A stretch of DNA of 64,000 nucleotides from Candidatus Scalinduaceae bacterium (GCA_046759445.1 JBHICG010000008.1:15239-79238), one strand, 5' to 3'. Counted from the first letter of the stretch, positions 52,267 to 64,000 are shown. Notes: generated by a model from the letters alone, not told the origin. Program-made: numbers and translations.

Positions 52267-53574
52267 ATGAATGACAAAATTCTGCCTGATTTTCAAAATT
52301 ACATAGTATCAAACCAATTTTCACCTCAAAAGAATGCTCCTTTTTATGCATTATGGGTAAGTAAGTTTTTAAGTTACTGTAATAATAAACACTCGAATAA
52401 TCATAAAGCCGATATTATAATACCTCAGTTCTTGTCTCACCTGCAGAAAAACCAGCAAACTCCAGATTGGCAATTGTCACAGGCTGATAAGGCAATAAAG
52501 ATGTATATTTTCCACTATCTTAAAGGTGACATTTCCTCTATTTTTCCTGAATATTCCAAACAAGTTCAAAAAAATGGTATTAACGTAAATGAAATTATTA
52601 ATAATACCAGGGAAATTATCAGGATTAAAAATTATTCTTATAGCACTGAACGTACTTATATAGATTGGATAAAAAGATTTTTTAAATTTACAGCAGAAAT
52701 AAAAGGTAAAGACATTTCTCAATCAAAACTGGACTCCTTTGATCTGAAAGACTATGTCAGCTATCTTGCTATAAAGAAAAATGTTTCATCATCCACCCAG
52801 AATCAGGCCTTTAATGCCCTACTATTCCTCTATAGAAATATACTTAATATTGATGTTTATGATCTGGGAAAGACTGTGAGGGCAAAGCGCGGCCCAAAAC
52901 TTCCTGTTGTATTAACTGTAGAAGAAGTGGAAAAACTCTTTCGACATGTTGAAGGGACACATCTTTTATTCATACAGCTTTTGTATGGTTCCGGACTCAG
53001 GCTTATGGAGTTAGCAAGGTTAAGGATTCAGGATATTGATTTTGAGGTGAATAATATTGCCGTTAGAGATGGCAAGGGGAATAAGGATCGTTATACTATA
53101 CTCCCCGATTATGTTAAAACCCAACTTAAAGAACATCTTGAAAAAGTTAGGGTACTTCATGAAAAGGACTTAAAAGAAGGTTACGGAGAAGTTTTTCTTC
53201 CTGATGCCCTTGCCAGGAAATACACAAACGTTGAGGAAGAATGGCGATGGCAGTATGTCTTCCCTTCTGCCAGATTATCGGTAGACCCAGGAAGTGGGAA
53301 GGTCAGACGTCATCATATCAGTGAAAAGGCTATTCAGTTTGCTGTAGCTAATATGGTTAGAAAAGCTGGTATCCCGAAGCATGCAACCGTTCATACTCTC
53401 AGACATTCATTTGCAACTCATCTCCTCTTAAATGGAGTAAATTTAAGGGAGATTCAGGAGTTACTCGGACACAAGAACATTAATACTACGATGATTTATA
53501 CTCATGTTGTCAGAAACATGTCAAACCAGCCCAGAAGTCCTCTCGATATCCTAATGCAAAGTAACAAAGGGTGA
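52267..53574 (+). CDS. intI: integron integrase with N-terminal extension
   Basis: [21 protein letters not shown], the IntI-specific patch [34 protein letters not shown] and TTMIYTHV. Confidence 0.96.
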   Translation: MNDKILPDFQNYIVSNQFSPQKNAPFYALWVSKFLSYCNNKHSNNHKADIIIPQFLSHLQKNQQTPDWQLSQADKAIKMYIFHYLKGDISSIFPEYSKQVQKNGINVNEIINNTREIIRIKNYSYSTERTYIDWIKRFFKFTAEIKGKDISQSKLDSFDLKDYVSYLAIKKNVSSSTQNQAFNALLFLYRNILNIDVYDLGKTVRAKRGPKLPVVLTVEEVEKLFRHVEGTHLLFIQLLYGSGLRLMELARLRIQDIDFEVNNIAVRDGKGNKDRYTILPDYVKTQLKEHLEKVRVLHEKDLKEGYGEVFLPDALARKYTNVEEEWRWQYVFPSARLSVDPGSGKVRRHHISEKAIQFAVANMVRKAGIPKHATVHTLRHSFATHLLLNGVNLREIQELLGHKNINTTMIYTHVVRNMSNQPRSPLDILMQSNKG

Positions 53575-53601
53575 CATGAGAAACAATTAATTATTTTTAG
53601 C

Positions 53602-54870
53602 ATGAGTAAAAAACCCAACTTGTTAATCTTAAACTGCAAGGAATTGCTTACGATGCGTGACGCGTCCAGAAGGCCCAAAGTAGGAAATGAGTTAGATGAT
53701 GTCGGAATAATCCATGATGGCGCAATTGCTGTATGTAAGGACAAAATAATTGATGTTGGTGAAACAAAAGACTTAAGGGAGGAATACAAAGACGATAGTG
53801 ATTTTAATACAATAGATGCAAGCGGTAAAGTAGTCAGTCCCGGTTTTGTTGATTGTCATACTCATGCAGTATTTGGTGGTTCCAGGGAAAATGAACTTGT
53901 GGAAAAAATAAGAGGAACTGACTATTTGGAGATTCTAGAAAAAGGTGGTGGCATCTTAAGTACCGTACGTGATACACGCAAATTATCTGTTGATGAATTG
54001 GCTGAAACTTCAAGGAAGTATCTTGACAATATGTTGATTCACGGCACTACTACTGTAGAGATAAAGAGTGGATACGGCTTGGACCCGAACAACGAACTAA
54101 AAATACTCAAGGCTATCAAAATACTTAATGACAGCCATCCAATTGATATAGTGCCTACATTTTTAGGCGCTCACGTAATTCCAGATGAATTCAAAACCAA
54201 TCCAGACAAATATATAGATCTTATCATTGATATGCTCTCAGAGGTTAAGTATCATGCAAGGTATTGTGATGTTTTTTGCGATGTCGGTGCATTTACGGTT
54301 GAACAAAGTAGAAGAATACTTACGGAAGCAAAAGAAAAAGGTTTACGTTTGAAAATGCATCTTAATCAATTCAAGAATATTGGCGGAGCAAGATTAAGTG
54401 CGAAATTAGGGGTTGTCTCAGCAGACCATTTAGACTTAATTACTGATGAAGAAATAGATGAATTAGTAAAAAGTAATGTCATAGGGGTTTTATTGCCTGG
54501 TGTGAATTTTTACTTGATGAATAATAACTATGCACCACTTGAGAGTTTATTAAATAAAGGCTTGCCGATAGCGCTTGCAACGGATTTTAATCCCGGTACT
54601 TGTCCTACGGAGAGTATGCAGATGGTAATAACAATCGCTTGCCTTAAAATGAAGATGACGCCAGAACAGGCACTTAATGCCTCGACAATAAATGGAGCGC
54701 ATGCGATTGAAGTGGCAAGAGATGTAGGAAGCCTGGAAGCAGGAAAAATTGCCGATATCATCATCTTTGATATTCCGAGTTATAATTATATACCTTACCA
54801 TTTTGGCGTGAATAATATTGAAAAGGTAATTAAGAGGGGAAAATTGGTTTATGACCAAAAAAATGTATAA
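53602..54870 (+). CDS. hutI: imidazolonepropionase
   Basis: PGFVDCHTH, EIKSGYGL, FLGAH and ATDFNPG motifs. Confidence 0.96.
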   Translation: MSKKPNLLILNCKELLTMRDASRRPKVGNELDDVGIIHDGAIAVCKDKIIDVGETKDLREEYKDDSDFNTIDASGKVVSPGFVDCHTHAVFGGSRENELVEKIRGTDYLEILEKGGGILSTVRDTRKLSVDELAETSRKYLDNMLIHGTTTVEIKSGYGLDPNNELKILKAIKILNDSHPIDIVPTFLGAHVIPDEFKTNPDKYIDLIIDMLSEVKYHARYCDVFCDVGAFTVEQSRRILTEAKEKGLRLKMHLNQFKNIGGARLSAKLGVVSADHLDLITDEEIDELVKSNVIGVLLPGVNFYLMNNNYAPLESLLNKGLPIALATDFNPGTCPTESMQMVITIACLKMKMTPEQALNASTINGAHAIEVARDVGSLEAGKIADIIIFDIPSYNYIPYHFGVNNIEKVIKRGKLVYDQKNV

Positions 54871-55025
54871 AACCTTTATTGTCGTGATAGGGTTCGAAAG
54901 AGGTTCGCTGAATGCTTGAAATCATATATTATTTTTAATATAATTATTGTAAGTTATAAAAAAGTAATATCTTATGATATGAGCGTATCAAAATGTGGAA
55001 TTTGAGGTTGATTGGAGCTTTCTAG

Positions 55026-56702
55026 GTGTTTAAGGAAACTTTAGAAAAAGCAGAATTAATTGAACGTTTATACTGGCTAATTAGCTTGCGTTGGATTGCA
55101 ATCTTAGGTTTATTTATTACAACGTTTATTGCCAGTAAGGTTTTTGATGTAGTAACATGGGTTACGCCACTATATGTTATTGGGATACTTTTGGGATTAT
55201 TCAATACAGGTTTTTTATTTTACACAAAAGTTCTTCGAATAGAGAGTTATGCGTCTGTCCAGAAGCATGCTGGTATACAAATTATGTTGGATCTCATATC
55301 ATTAACTTGTTTAATTTATTTTGCAGGTGGTGTTGAGAATCCGTTTATCTTGTATTTCTTATTCCATGTAATAATAGCAGGAATACTACTTGAAAAAAAA
55401 TACAGTTATCTACAGGCTCTTTTTGCCACGTGCCTTTTTGCATTATTAATATTACTAGAATATTATTCAGTAATACCACATCAGCCATTAAAGATATTTT
55501 CTACTTTCGCATTTGGTAAAGAGCTATGGCATTCTGAAGAATATATATTGGGTATATTTTTCGCTCTTGCAAGCACAATCTTTATTTCTGTTTATTTTGT
55601 TACCTCTATAATGGATAAGTTAAGAAAAAGCAGAGACGACATATTGTTTGAGATAAAGTCTACTATAGAAAACATGGCTGAGGGTGTAGTATTTATAGAC
55701 ACCAGTGATGAGGTAACCATGTGCAACAAGGAAATCGAAAAAACCTGGAATATAAAGAGAGAAGAAATAATTGGTAAATCAATAAAAGATAAACTTACCC
55801 CTTATATTGGAGAGAAAGTGTCAAATTTTACTGAAAAATTCAGAAAGGGAATTGAGACCTCACAGCATGAGGAAATAAGGACTAAGAATGGTTGTTTGTA
55901 TAACACATATTCTGCCGTATATGATAACGATGGTAAGTACTGGGGTACTGTTTTGACAAGCCATGATATCACGGAGAGGAAGAAATTAGAACTTCAACTT
56001 TTGCATACTGAGCGTCTGGCAACTATTGGTGAAATGTCTGCAAAGGTTGCACATGAAATCAGGAATCCATTAAGTTCAATCAGTTTAAATACAGAATTAC
56101 TGTATGATGAAATTAATAATGGTAATGGCAATAAAACAGAGACTGAAAATCTGATTAGATCTATTATGAAGGAAATTGATAGATTAACAGAAATAAGTGA
56201 TGAATATCTAAGACATGCCAGATTTCCTAAGTTAGAACTAAGGCCCACTTCTATCAATGATGTACTGATTAGACTTGCAAAATTTCTTAAAGAGGAAATT
56301 GCACAAAGAAATATTGTATTGAAAGAAAGTTATGCGCTTAATCTACCAGAAATATTTTTAGATGAAAATCAGATCAAGCAAGCGTTCCTTAATATCCTGA
56401 AGAACTCTTTTGATGCAATGCCTAAAGGCGGTAAGTTGGATATATCTACAATAATTAGAAAAAATATTATCGAAGTATGCATTTCCGATACTGGTCTAGG
56501 CATTTCAGAAAAGGATATCCAAGAGATTTTTGATCCATTTTATAGTACAAAGGTTGATGGTACAGGCTTAGGGCTTGCCTTAACTCAAAAAATTATCGAA
56601 GAGCATGACGGCGAAATATTTTGTAAAAGTATAATAGGTAGGGGTACTACAATTGAAGTCAGGTTTCTGGTCAAGAGCAATAAGGAGAAGATAGTTGGTT
56701 AA
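55026..56702 (+). CDS. membrane PAS sensor histidine kinase
   Basis: TM region, PAS domain, AHEIRNPL, N/G1/F/G2 boxes. Confidence 0.93.
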   Translation: MFKETLEKAELIERLYWLISLRWIAILGLFITTFIASKVFDVVTWVTPLYVIGILLGLFNTGFLFYTKVLRIESYASVQKHAGIQIMLDLISLTCLIYFAGGVENPFILYFLFHVIIAGILLEKKYSYLQALFATCLFALLILLEYYSVIPHQPLKIFSTFAFGKELWHSEEYILGIFFALASTIFISVYFVTSIMDKLRKSRDDILFEIKSTIENMAEGVVFIDTSDEVTMCNKEIEKTWNIKREEIIGKSIKDKLTPYIGEKVSNFTEKFRKGIETSQHEEIRTKNGCLYNTYSAVYDNDGKYWGTVLTSHDITERKKLELQLLHTERLATIGEMSAKVAHEIRNPLSSISLNTELLYDEINNGNGNKTETENLIRSIMKEIDRLTEISDEYLRHARFPKLELRPTSINDVLIRLAKFLKEEIAQRNIVLKESYALNLPEIFLDENQIKQAFLNILKNSFDAMPKGGKLDISTIIRKNIIEVCISDTGLGISEKDIQEIFDPFYSTKVDGTGLGLALTQKIIEEHDGEIFCKSIIGRGTTIEVRFLVKSNKEKIVG

Positions 56703-58092
56703 ACCAGAAATTAATCCTACAGTTTTAATTGTTGATGATCAGGAAAGTATTAGACTTGCCTTATTTAGAATTCTTTCAAAGGAGGGCTATAAAGTTCTTT
56801 TAGCAGAAGAAGGAGAAGAAGCATTAGATACCTTGAGAAAAAGGAATGTAAATGTAATGCTATCCGATCTTAGAATGCCCAAAATGGATGGTATTCAGTT
56901 ACTCAAGGCTTCAAAACTAATCAAACCTGAAGTTGAAGTGATATTAATTACGGCACACGGAACAATAGAAAAAGCAGTTGGCGCCATGAAGGATGGCGCC
57001 TATGACTTTATTACAAAACCTTTTAAAAAGATTGTGATCAGTAATATGATTAAAAAAGCTATAGAGAAACAAGCCCTTGTTGTGGAAAATAAGTTCTTAC
57101 ATAAACAACTAGCACGATCTGGCTACGATAAAGATGCAGACATTATTGGGCAAAGTGATGCAATACGTGATGTTATAAAAATGGCCGAGCAGGTAGCGCC
57201 CAGTCAGGCATCCGTCTTAATTCAAGGAGAAAATGGCACTGGCAAGGAAGCCATAGCATCCCTTATCCATAAGTTAGGACCAAGAAAAGACAAACCTTTG
57301 ATAAAGATAAGTTGTGCTGCTATACCCGATTCACTTCTTGAATCTGAGCTATTTGGATATGAAAAAGGCGCATTTACGGGCGCTGTCAGCCAGAAAGAGG
57401 GTCGTTTTGAACTTGCTGATGAAGGAACGTTATTCCTAGACGAAATCGGTGAAATAACTCCATCTATACAGGTTAAATTGCTCCGAATCTTGCAGGAAGG
57501 TGAATTTGAGAGGTTGGGGAGTACTAAAGTATTAAGATGTAATGTACGCGTAATTTCGGCAACGAATGTTAATCTTGCAAATGCAATAAAACAAAAAAGA
57601 TTTAGAGAGGATTTATACTATCGTTTAAATGTAATTACCATAAATATTCCTTCATTAAGGGAGAGAAAAGAGGATATCCCACTTTTAGTTAGTCATTTTC
57701 TTAAAATTTATCAGGAGCAAAACGACAAGAAAATAGATGATATTTCTGAGGACGTACTCAACGTCTTAATTGATTATTCATGGCCAGGCAACGTACGTGA
57801 ATTAAAAAATGTAATTGAAAGAGCTGTTGTTCTTACACAGGACAGAATCATCTCACGAAAGGACCTTCCTGAAAATATTGTTGAAAGTAGAGTTGAAGAT
57901 AGAAAGCTAACTGTACCATTCGGCATGCCATTACGTGAGATTGAGAAAAAAATAATCGTTGAAACACTAAGGAGGACAAATGGAGATAAGGAAATTACAG
58001 CAAATTTATTGGGTATTACACCCAGAACCATATATAGAAAATTGAATTCTTTAGAAGAAGAAAAAGAAGAGGAAAATTACCATCCTGTCTAA
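56695..58092 (+). CDS. sigma54-dependent response regulator (NtrC/AtoC family)
   Basis: REC domain, GENGTGKE, GAFTGA and Fis-type HTH. Confidence 0.95.
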   Translation: MVKPEINPTVLIVDDQESIRLALFRILSKEGYKVLLAEEGEEALDTLRKRNVNVMLSDLRMPKMDGIQLLKASKLIKPEVEVILITAHGTIEKAVGAMKDGAYDFITKPFKKIVISNMIKKAIEKQALVVENKFLHKQLARSGYDKDADIIGQSDAIRDVIKMAEQVAPSQASVLIQGENGTGKEAIASLIHKLGPRKDKPLIKISCAAIPDSLLESELFGYEKGAFTGAVSQKEGRFELADEGTLFLDEIGEITPSIQVKLLRILQEGEFERLGSTKVLRCNVRVISATNVNLANAIKQKRFREDLYYRLNVITINIPSLRERKEDIPLLVSHFLKIYQEQNDKKIDDISEDVLNVLIDYSWPGNVRELKNVIERAVVLTQDRIISRKDLPENIVESRVEDRKLTVPFGMPLREIEKKIIVETLRRTNGDKEITANLLGITPRTIYRKLNSLEEEKEEENYHPV

Positions 58093-58260
58093 ATATGAAT
58101 AAATGTTTTATGCACCACCATTAGCTGGATCAACCATCAAACATTTATAACCTGCATCTAAGAGTTCATAATGACATTATGACACACAGCATCAGAGGGC
58201 GTGTTTTTTTACAATTGACGGAAAAGTGATCAAAGACTATGAGAACAAGCGGGCCTATCC

Positions 58261-58683
58261 CTATGTGCCCACTGCTGATAAAAGATCTCTTTTGTGTTCT
58301 TCTTCTTGAATAAGAATATCCTCAAGAATTCTACGTGTTCCATATTCTCTTAAAGTTTCTGCCTGCGCAATTCTTTCTTTGTAGCGTTCTATTGCGTCTT
58401 TTTCTCTCTTCAGGTCCTGCTTAAGCATTTCGAGGCTGTTATTGGACACTTCCATCGTTCCAACATCAATGGTAGGAGTTCCACCTAAAGATATAATCTG
58501 GTCAGATAACATTATAGCGTGTTGCATCTCTTCCTGTGCGTGAACGAGCAGCTCTTTTCGAATGGACTCATATTGTGCTCCAGTAATAACTGAAGCATGT
58601 TGAATATATTGTATTTCAGAAGCATATTCTCTACTAATATCATTATTCAATTCTTCAACAAGCTTTTCCTTTGTAATACTCAC
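58261..58683 (-). CDS. bacterioferritin/ferritin-like protein
   Basis: EY...IQY, EEMQHA and EEEH ligands. Confidence 0.85.
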   Translation of the reverse strand: MSITKEKLVEELNNDISREYASEIQYIQHASVITGAQYESIRKELLVHAQEEMQHAIMLSDQIISLGGTPTIDVGTMEVSNNSLEMLKQDLKREKDAIERYKERIAQAETLREYGTRRILEDILIQEEEHKRDLLSAVGT

Positions 58684-59682
58684 GATATTTCTCCTCGATT
58701 AAATAAAAATAACGACAATACTGTCGTTATCGTTTCCGTCTGGTGTATCAATGATTGAAACTTAAGGCCTCTATTTTACAAGGTGATAAAGAAAATGCAA
58801 GTATAAGATAATATGCGGCTAGATAAAAATAGTGCAGTATATTTAGGTTTCAAACCTTCAACTTCACGCCTTTACATTTAAGACATGTAGAATTAACCTT
58901 GATTTTAGATTTAGCTGGAAGCTTACAAGTAATGACTGGCATACCAGCTAAAAGACTCAAAAGTATAAATGCAATTGTTCGTAACACCATCCATTTTAAC
59001 TTGCTGAGATTTTTTATCTTTTGAGGCATTTGTGTTGTTGTTTGCCAGTCCTACAACATAGTTTTCAGAACGCAAAAAACAAGAAAAGTTGTTTTTGATA
59101 TTTTCCTGTAGTTGATAAAAGCAAAGATTTAAACCACACATTCAAAAAAACATCACATTGTAAGCTTTTGTTGAAAGCATTTATCTCTTTTATTATTATG
59201 ATGTTATGGAAGTAGAATTAAAGAAAAGTTGATTTTCATAAACATAATTTTATTTAAAAAAATTATCAAATATTTTTTTTAATTCATAACTAACTACATA
59301 CTTTTAACTTATAAACGTCAGAAGCAATCTTGTTAAAATTTGTGACTATAGGAATAACTTTTGCTATACAGATAATTTATTTATTGCAGTGAAGAATTTT
59401 GAAGCAATTTGTAAGAACTATGAATAACAGAAGTTGTGACAATTCAAAGTATCATAAACACTTAGCAATCTAAATGTTTAATATAATTGAAAAAAAGATC
59501 ACAAAGTAGATAAGCTAGAATACTTCTTTCAAGTTAATAAATTGTATTTCAACTATTCGATTTATAATAAAGGTCAAAATTTCTTTAATAACTATTGAGT
59601 TTACTCCGAACAAGATAAAATTAAAGACGGATAATGTGTTAATATTAGTTGGTTAAGGAAAGAGAATGAGGAGGTTAAAGTA

Positions 59683-60846
59683 ATGTCATCAACAGCACTT
59701 ATTAACAAAGGAAGTATAAAAGCGACAGAGCAAGAAATAGAACTGCTAAAAGCACAAATAAAAGATTCAAATGATAAACTAAGAGAAACAAAGTCCGAAC
59801 TTAGTCTAATAAAAATGTATCACGAAAATGTAATGAACAATGTTCAGTCTGGAATACTTATATTTGACAAGAATCTTAAGGTTGCTGCATCGAATTCTTA
59901 TTTCAACAAATTATTGGAAAGCCAGAATGGCACTTCATCACTTAGGCTCTTTAGGTTGTATTCTAAATTTGAAAAAATATGTTTATATGATGAACTTAAA
60001 GAGGTTATAGCAAAAGGCAAGATCTGGACAGTGGAGAAAGTTGAATTCAATGCACCATCTGGAAAGTCGTATAAGCTTAATATTAGGTCTTCACCAATAT
60101 TGAATACAAATAATTTTGTAATTGGTGGATGTTTGATAGTTGAAGACACAACTAAAAGGCTTGAATTAGAAGATGAATTATCTGCATCTGAAAGATTTGC
60201 AGTCTGTGGTAAACAATCAATAAAGGTGGTCCATGAGTTAAACAATTTACTTGATGGCATACTGAGATTTATTAATCTTTCCGTAAGGTTGTCCAATGGA
60301 AATAACAAATTAAAGAATTATCTGTTGCAAAGTAAAAATGGCCTTGGAAAAATGGTAGACATAGTTAGCTCTTTATTGAATTTTTCGCGAGCTACATACG
60401 CTGATAAAGAAATGATTCCAATTAACAATATTATAAAGGACGCAGTTGCCTTTCTAGATCATAAAACCTTGTCCAATAAAATAAAGATTTCTTTTAACAC
60501 GGATAAACAGGATTCCTGCACAAATAATGGAGATTTAATTCGAGTCCTAATAAATATTATGAATAATTCAATCGATGCAATGCTAGATGGTGGAGAACTA
60601 AAGATAACTTCAAAGCTAAGAAAAGGGAGAAACATTATAAGTGTTTCAGATACCGGCGTTGGAATCCCTCCTAGCGCTCAAAAAAGGATTTTTGATCCAT
60701 TCTTTACAAATAAAAGGAAGGGTGTTGGTATGGGTTTGGGTTTGGCAATCTGCGAGGAAATAATTAAAAAGATGGGAGGAAATATTTCTGTAGATAGTAA
60801 AGAAGGTAAGGGGACAACATTTACTGTTTCAATACCTGTTGAATGA
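59683..60846 (+). CDS. cytoplasmic PAS histidine kinase
   Basis: VHELNNLL, DTGVGI, FDPFFT and GMGLGL motifs. Confidence 0.9.
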   Translation: MSSTALINKGSIKATEQEIELLKAQIKDSNDKLRETKSELSLIKMYHENVMNNVQSGILIFDKNLKVAASNSYFNKLLESQNGTSSLRLFRLYSKFEKICLYDELKEVIAKGKIWTVEKVEFNAPSGKSYKLNIRSSPILNTNNFVIGGCLIVEDTTKRLELEDELSASERFAVCGKQSIKVVHELNNLLDGILRFINLSVRLSNGNNKLKNYLLQSKNGLGKMVDIVSSLLNFSRATYADKEMIPINNIIKDAVAFLDHKTLSNKIKISFNTDKQDSCTNNGDLIRVLINIMNNSIDAMLDGGELKITSKLRKGRNIISVSDTGVGIPPSAQKRIFDPFFTNKRKGVGMGLGLAICEEIIKKMGGNISVDSKEGKGTTFTVSIPVE

Positions 60847-61240
60847 GAATTAAAGTTTAATAATTATAATGGTTAACGAGTTTCTCTCAACGCAAATCTC
60901 ATAATTATTTCGGTGACAGCAAATTGTACGTTTTTTTAATGCGTTTAGCACCTAAGTATTTTTCATCGATCTCTCCTTTGAAGAAAGATTGCTGTTTAAA
61001 ATTCAGCAATTCTTTTTAGCAGAAGAAATAAATATCGGTTGACGGTATTACGATTAAAACGCTTAAACGCTTAAAATTATAATATTTTGTGATGCTAAAT
61101 CGAGAGAAAATGTCTAAGAGGTACTCGAATTTTAACCTCTGAAATATTTGAACATTTTATATATATGTTTTTCATTAGCTTTGACTTTGTTTATAGAACA
61201 TTTGAGTACTCTGTTCTAGTCACAATTCCCGTAATTAATT

Positions 61241-62617
61241 ATGCCATTAGAAAAAGAAATAGAAAATATATATAATATACTAATCGTCGATGATGATCCA
61301 ATCGAATGTGATTCGCTTGCAGAATTGCTTAAATACGAGGGATATTTTATCGAAACAGCCTGTAATGGTAAAATAGCATCAGAAAAATTAAAGCAAAAAT
61401 TATTCAATGTAGTTGTTACAGATGTTAACATGACTGAAGTAACAGGTTTTGATCTTCTCAAACATATAAGTGAAAACTACCCAAAATCGTCAGTTATCCT
61501 AATTACCGGGTACGGCCAGATTGAGGATGCAGTATCTGCAATTAAGCTTGGTGCGTATGATTACATAATGAAACCTTTTAAGGACGATAAAATTAGGATG
61601 TTAGTACGTCAGGCTATCAAAAGGCCTGATCTACAAAATATCGAGTTGGAAAGGCATACAAGTGTAAGTTTAGATGATGTTATAGGTCAGGATAAAGAAA
61701 TACGAAAAATACGGGAACTAATTAAAATTGTTGCAAACCGTAATGCAACAATTCTTATTACGGGCGAGAATGGTACAGGTAAATCATTAATTGCAAAAGC
61801 AATCCACTACAATTCTTCCAGAAATGACAAGCAATATGTAGAAATACCATGTGGTTCTATACCAGACACATTATTGGATAGTGAGCTGTTTGGGCATTCC
61901 AAAGGATCTTTTACTGATGCCATAAAGGAAAAACCCGGTAGATTTGAGCTGGCGAATGGTGGAACTATTTTGTTGGATGAAATTGACACTACTAAATCTT
62001 CATTCCAGGTCAAATTATTAAGATTTTTACAAGATAAAAAATTCGAGAGATTAGGAAGTCTCAAAACTATTACCACAGACGTGAGAATGATAGTATCAAC
62101 GAGCAGCAATCTCAAGGATGAGACAGAAAAAGGGAATTTTAGAAAAGATTTATATTACCGAATAAACGTTATACCCATTAATATTCCACCACTTCGCAAG
62201 AGACGTTCCGATATTAAGTTACTGGCTGATCATTTTCTGAATAAGTATTGTATCATGTATAAGAAAAAGAAACTACGTATATCAGATGAAACCATGTATA
62301 GGTTTCAAAATTATACATGGCCTGGTAATGTGAGAGAGCTAGAAAATATTATTCAACGAGGAGTAATAACGGCCACCAGAGAGTATATAAATGTAAATGA
62401 CATGTCTTTTGCAAAGTATGAAGCTGCGCCGAATTCTAAGAGTATTGGTACATTTTCATTAAAGAAGGCGATGGAGAAACCTGAAAGGGATCATATTGAG
62501 AGTACATTAGAGCATTTTAATTGGAACAAAAATAAAACGGCCAGGGTTTTACAATTAAATCGAACAACACTTTATAAAAAAATGAAGAAGTACAGTATGA
62601 CGTTTAGAAAACCTTAA
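61241..62617 (+). CDS. sigma54-dependent response regulator
   Basis: REC domain, GENGTGKS, GSFTDA variant loop, HTH. Confidence 0.92.
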   Translation: MPLEKEIENIYNILIVDDDPIECDSLAELLKYEGYFIETACNGKIASEKLKQKLFNVVVTDVNMTEVTGFDLLKHISENYPKSSVILITGYGQIEDAVSAIKLGAYDYIMKPFKDDKIRMLVRQAIKRPDLQNIELERHTSVSLDDVIGQDKEIRKIRELIKIVANRNATILITGENGTGKSLIAKAIHYNSSRNDKQYVEIPCGSIPDTLLDSELFGHSKGSFTDAIKEKPGRFELANGGTILLDEIDTTKSSFQVKLLRFLQDKKFERLGSLKTITTDVRMIVSTSSNLKDETEKGNFRKDLYYRINVIPINIPPLRKRRSDIKLLADHFLNKYCIMYKKKKLRISDETMYRFQNYTWPGNVRELENIIQRGVITATREYINVNDMSFAKYEAAPNSKSIGTFSLKKAMEKPERDHIESTLEHFNWNKNKTARVLQLNRTTLYKKMKKYSMTFRKP

Positions 62618-62819
62618 ACGTCTCGGGAATTCTATAATATTTATAAACCCGACTCGTTCGGGTTAGGGTTACACCGAAGCATAAGCTCACTCCAACTGCG
62701 CGTTATCTTCCCACTTTCACAAAAATAAAATTGGATTCCTCACGAAAGGCAGGGAGGCAACCTTGCTTTTGTAAGGAATCCAATTTTCATGATTTGCCAG
62801 CCTGTCGCTTTTACGACGC

Positions 62820-63025
62820 ATACAGATAGCGCCCTTAGTGGCATGAGTGTTTGCTTCTCTTGTAGAGATGCAAACAACCTCAGTAGCTCATTTTCAACCT
62901 TATAGTGCAACTTGTCCAATTGCTCGTATTCATCCTCCATGATCTGGCCTGCTTTCCAGCCCGACGGCAGGCGGGCTTGAAACTCTCATAGCAAGAATGT
63001 AATTCCCCACACGAAGCTTTATGAA
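62820..63025 (-). pseudogene. C-terminal fragment of a probable four helix bundle gene, frameshifted by a 20-nt insertion
   Basis: Removing 62956-62975 joins ASCGELHSCYESFK to KAGQIMEDEYEQLDKLHYKVENELLRL; ASCGE matches the 18798 protein. Confidence 0.6.
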
Positions 63026-63620
63026 CCCCCGTTGATGTTCTTTCGCTCCATGTAAGATTTCTTACCATAGTCTGTCATAGACTGTCTAAAACATTCATAG
63101 ACATTTTTTTTATTTTTTTTAAAAGTGCTAAAAAACCCAATTTCCCCGCCAACTATTAATGAATATTGTTATGAATAATGAACACACCTTATTCTTTGTT
63201 GGGTAATTACTTAAGTACATAATGAAGGTTCTTGAGATATTATGTTGATTTTAATAAACATTGTTTACCTGATGAAGATTATGTGCCTCCATCACATTCC
63301 ATTGAAGAATTAAATTCTAAGACATATACCTATCACAGCTTACACCAATGTTAAATTTTCACTCATTAATGGTAAGGAAATTGTGATAGATAGATGGATA
63401 TATGAATTTAATCAGAAGGGGTAGTCAAGTGCATACCCCCGTAATCGAAAACTCTTCTGAAGTTTACTGTAGTTATATCAGGTTTAAACATACCAGTCTG
63501 AACATGGGGCATAGAGAGACAGCTTTGATAAATAACAGAAGCATGTAACATACTAAGAACAAGATTCCGGCAATTAACAATTACAAACTAGAGTTATAGT
63601 ATTAGAGAACAAAGAAGACT

Positions 63621-63959
63621 ATGTCAAACAATTTAAACAAGATTGAAAGGAGAGCTGGGAAGAGATTAAGGATTTCTCTGCCAATAGTGCTATACGATCA
63701 GAAGGTTAAATCAGAGAATATTAGCTCAGGTGGTGTCTATTTCGAAGTGACAACAAGTGATACCAAAAAGTATTCATCGGGGAAAGCGATTGCGATTGAG
63801 GTAGTTACAAGCACTTCTACAACAGGGTTGCCTGAAAAAACAGTCAGACTTACAGGAACCGGAGTGGTTATCAGGACAGATGAGATAGAGGTTATCAATC
63901 ATGATAAAAGATTAGGCGTGGCTCTGAAGTTCGGTGAAAAACTTAAGTTATATGTTTAA
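63621..63959 (+). CDS. PilZ domain protein
   Basis: RxxxR (RRAGKR) and NISSGG motifs. Confidence 0.85.
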   Translation: MSNNLNKIERRAGKRLRISLPIVLYDQKVKSENISSGGVYFEVTTSDTKKYSSGKAIAIEVVTSTSTTGLPEKTVRLTGTGVVIRTDEIEVINHDKRLGVALKFGEKLKLYV

Positions 63960-64000
63960 TGGATCAAAACAATATGCAGTAAGTTAGGAGAATAATTAAG

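Noticed and set aside
52267..53574. Prophage or ICE integrase
   Set aside because: The IntI-specific patch and the attC array identify an integron; no phage or conjugation genes are present.
62640..63100. c-di-GMP riboswitch upstream of the PilZ gene
   Set aside because: Conserved riboswitch motifs not seen; the hairpins look like repeat elements and a pseudogene.

Overview
Low-GC bacterial chromosomal window. The gene content (fused secDF, hydantoinase pair, sigma54 two-component systems, many small palindromic repeats) loosely suggests an anammox-type planctomycete, but this is unverified inference. A housekeeping backbone (tgt-yajC-secDF, Fe-S/sulfur-transfer genes, trpD, hutU/hutI, two HK/RR pairs, PilZ) is interrupted by two accessory blocks. 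The first is a ~20 kb island between hydantoinase A and B carrying a WYL regulator, a toxin-antitoxin pair, a complete type I-B CRISPR-Cas locus and a 28-spacer array. The second is a chromosomal integron (intI plus about five cassettes) between hutU and hutI. The most unusual signal is a family of hairpin-like modules built from inverted arms of degenerate 6- or 9-nt tandem repeats, with short 7-nt tracts nearby. They occupy junctions of the WYL/cas locus either empty or carrying a four-helix-bundle (TIGR02436/IVP, Avd-like) gene. Two CRISPR spacers appear to be drawn from an 8-nt-unit repeat of the same style. Other highlights are a precise 20-nt palindromic micro-insertion with an in-window empty site, a hidden Cas11 start in cas8b, a terminal CRISPR repeat split by a 34-nt insert, and integron sites with ATT/AAT instead of GTT/AAC cores. 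All calls were made by eye, without database searches.
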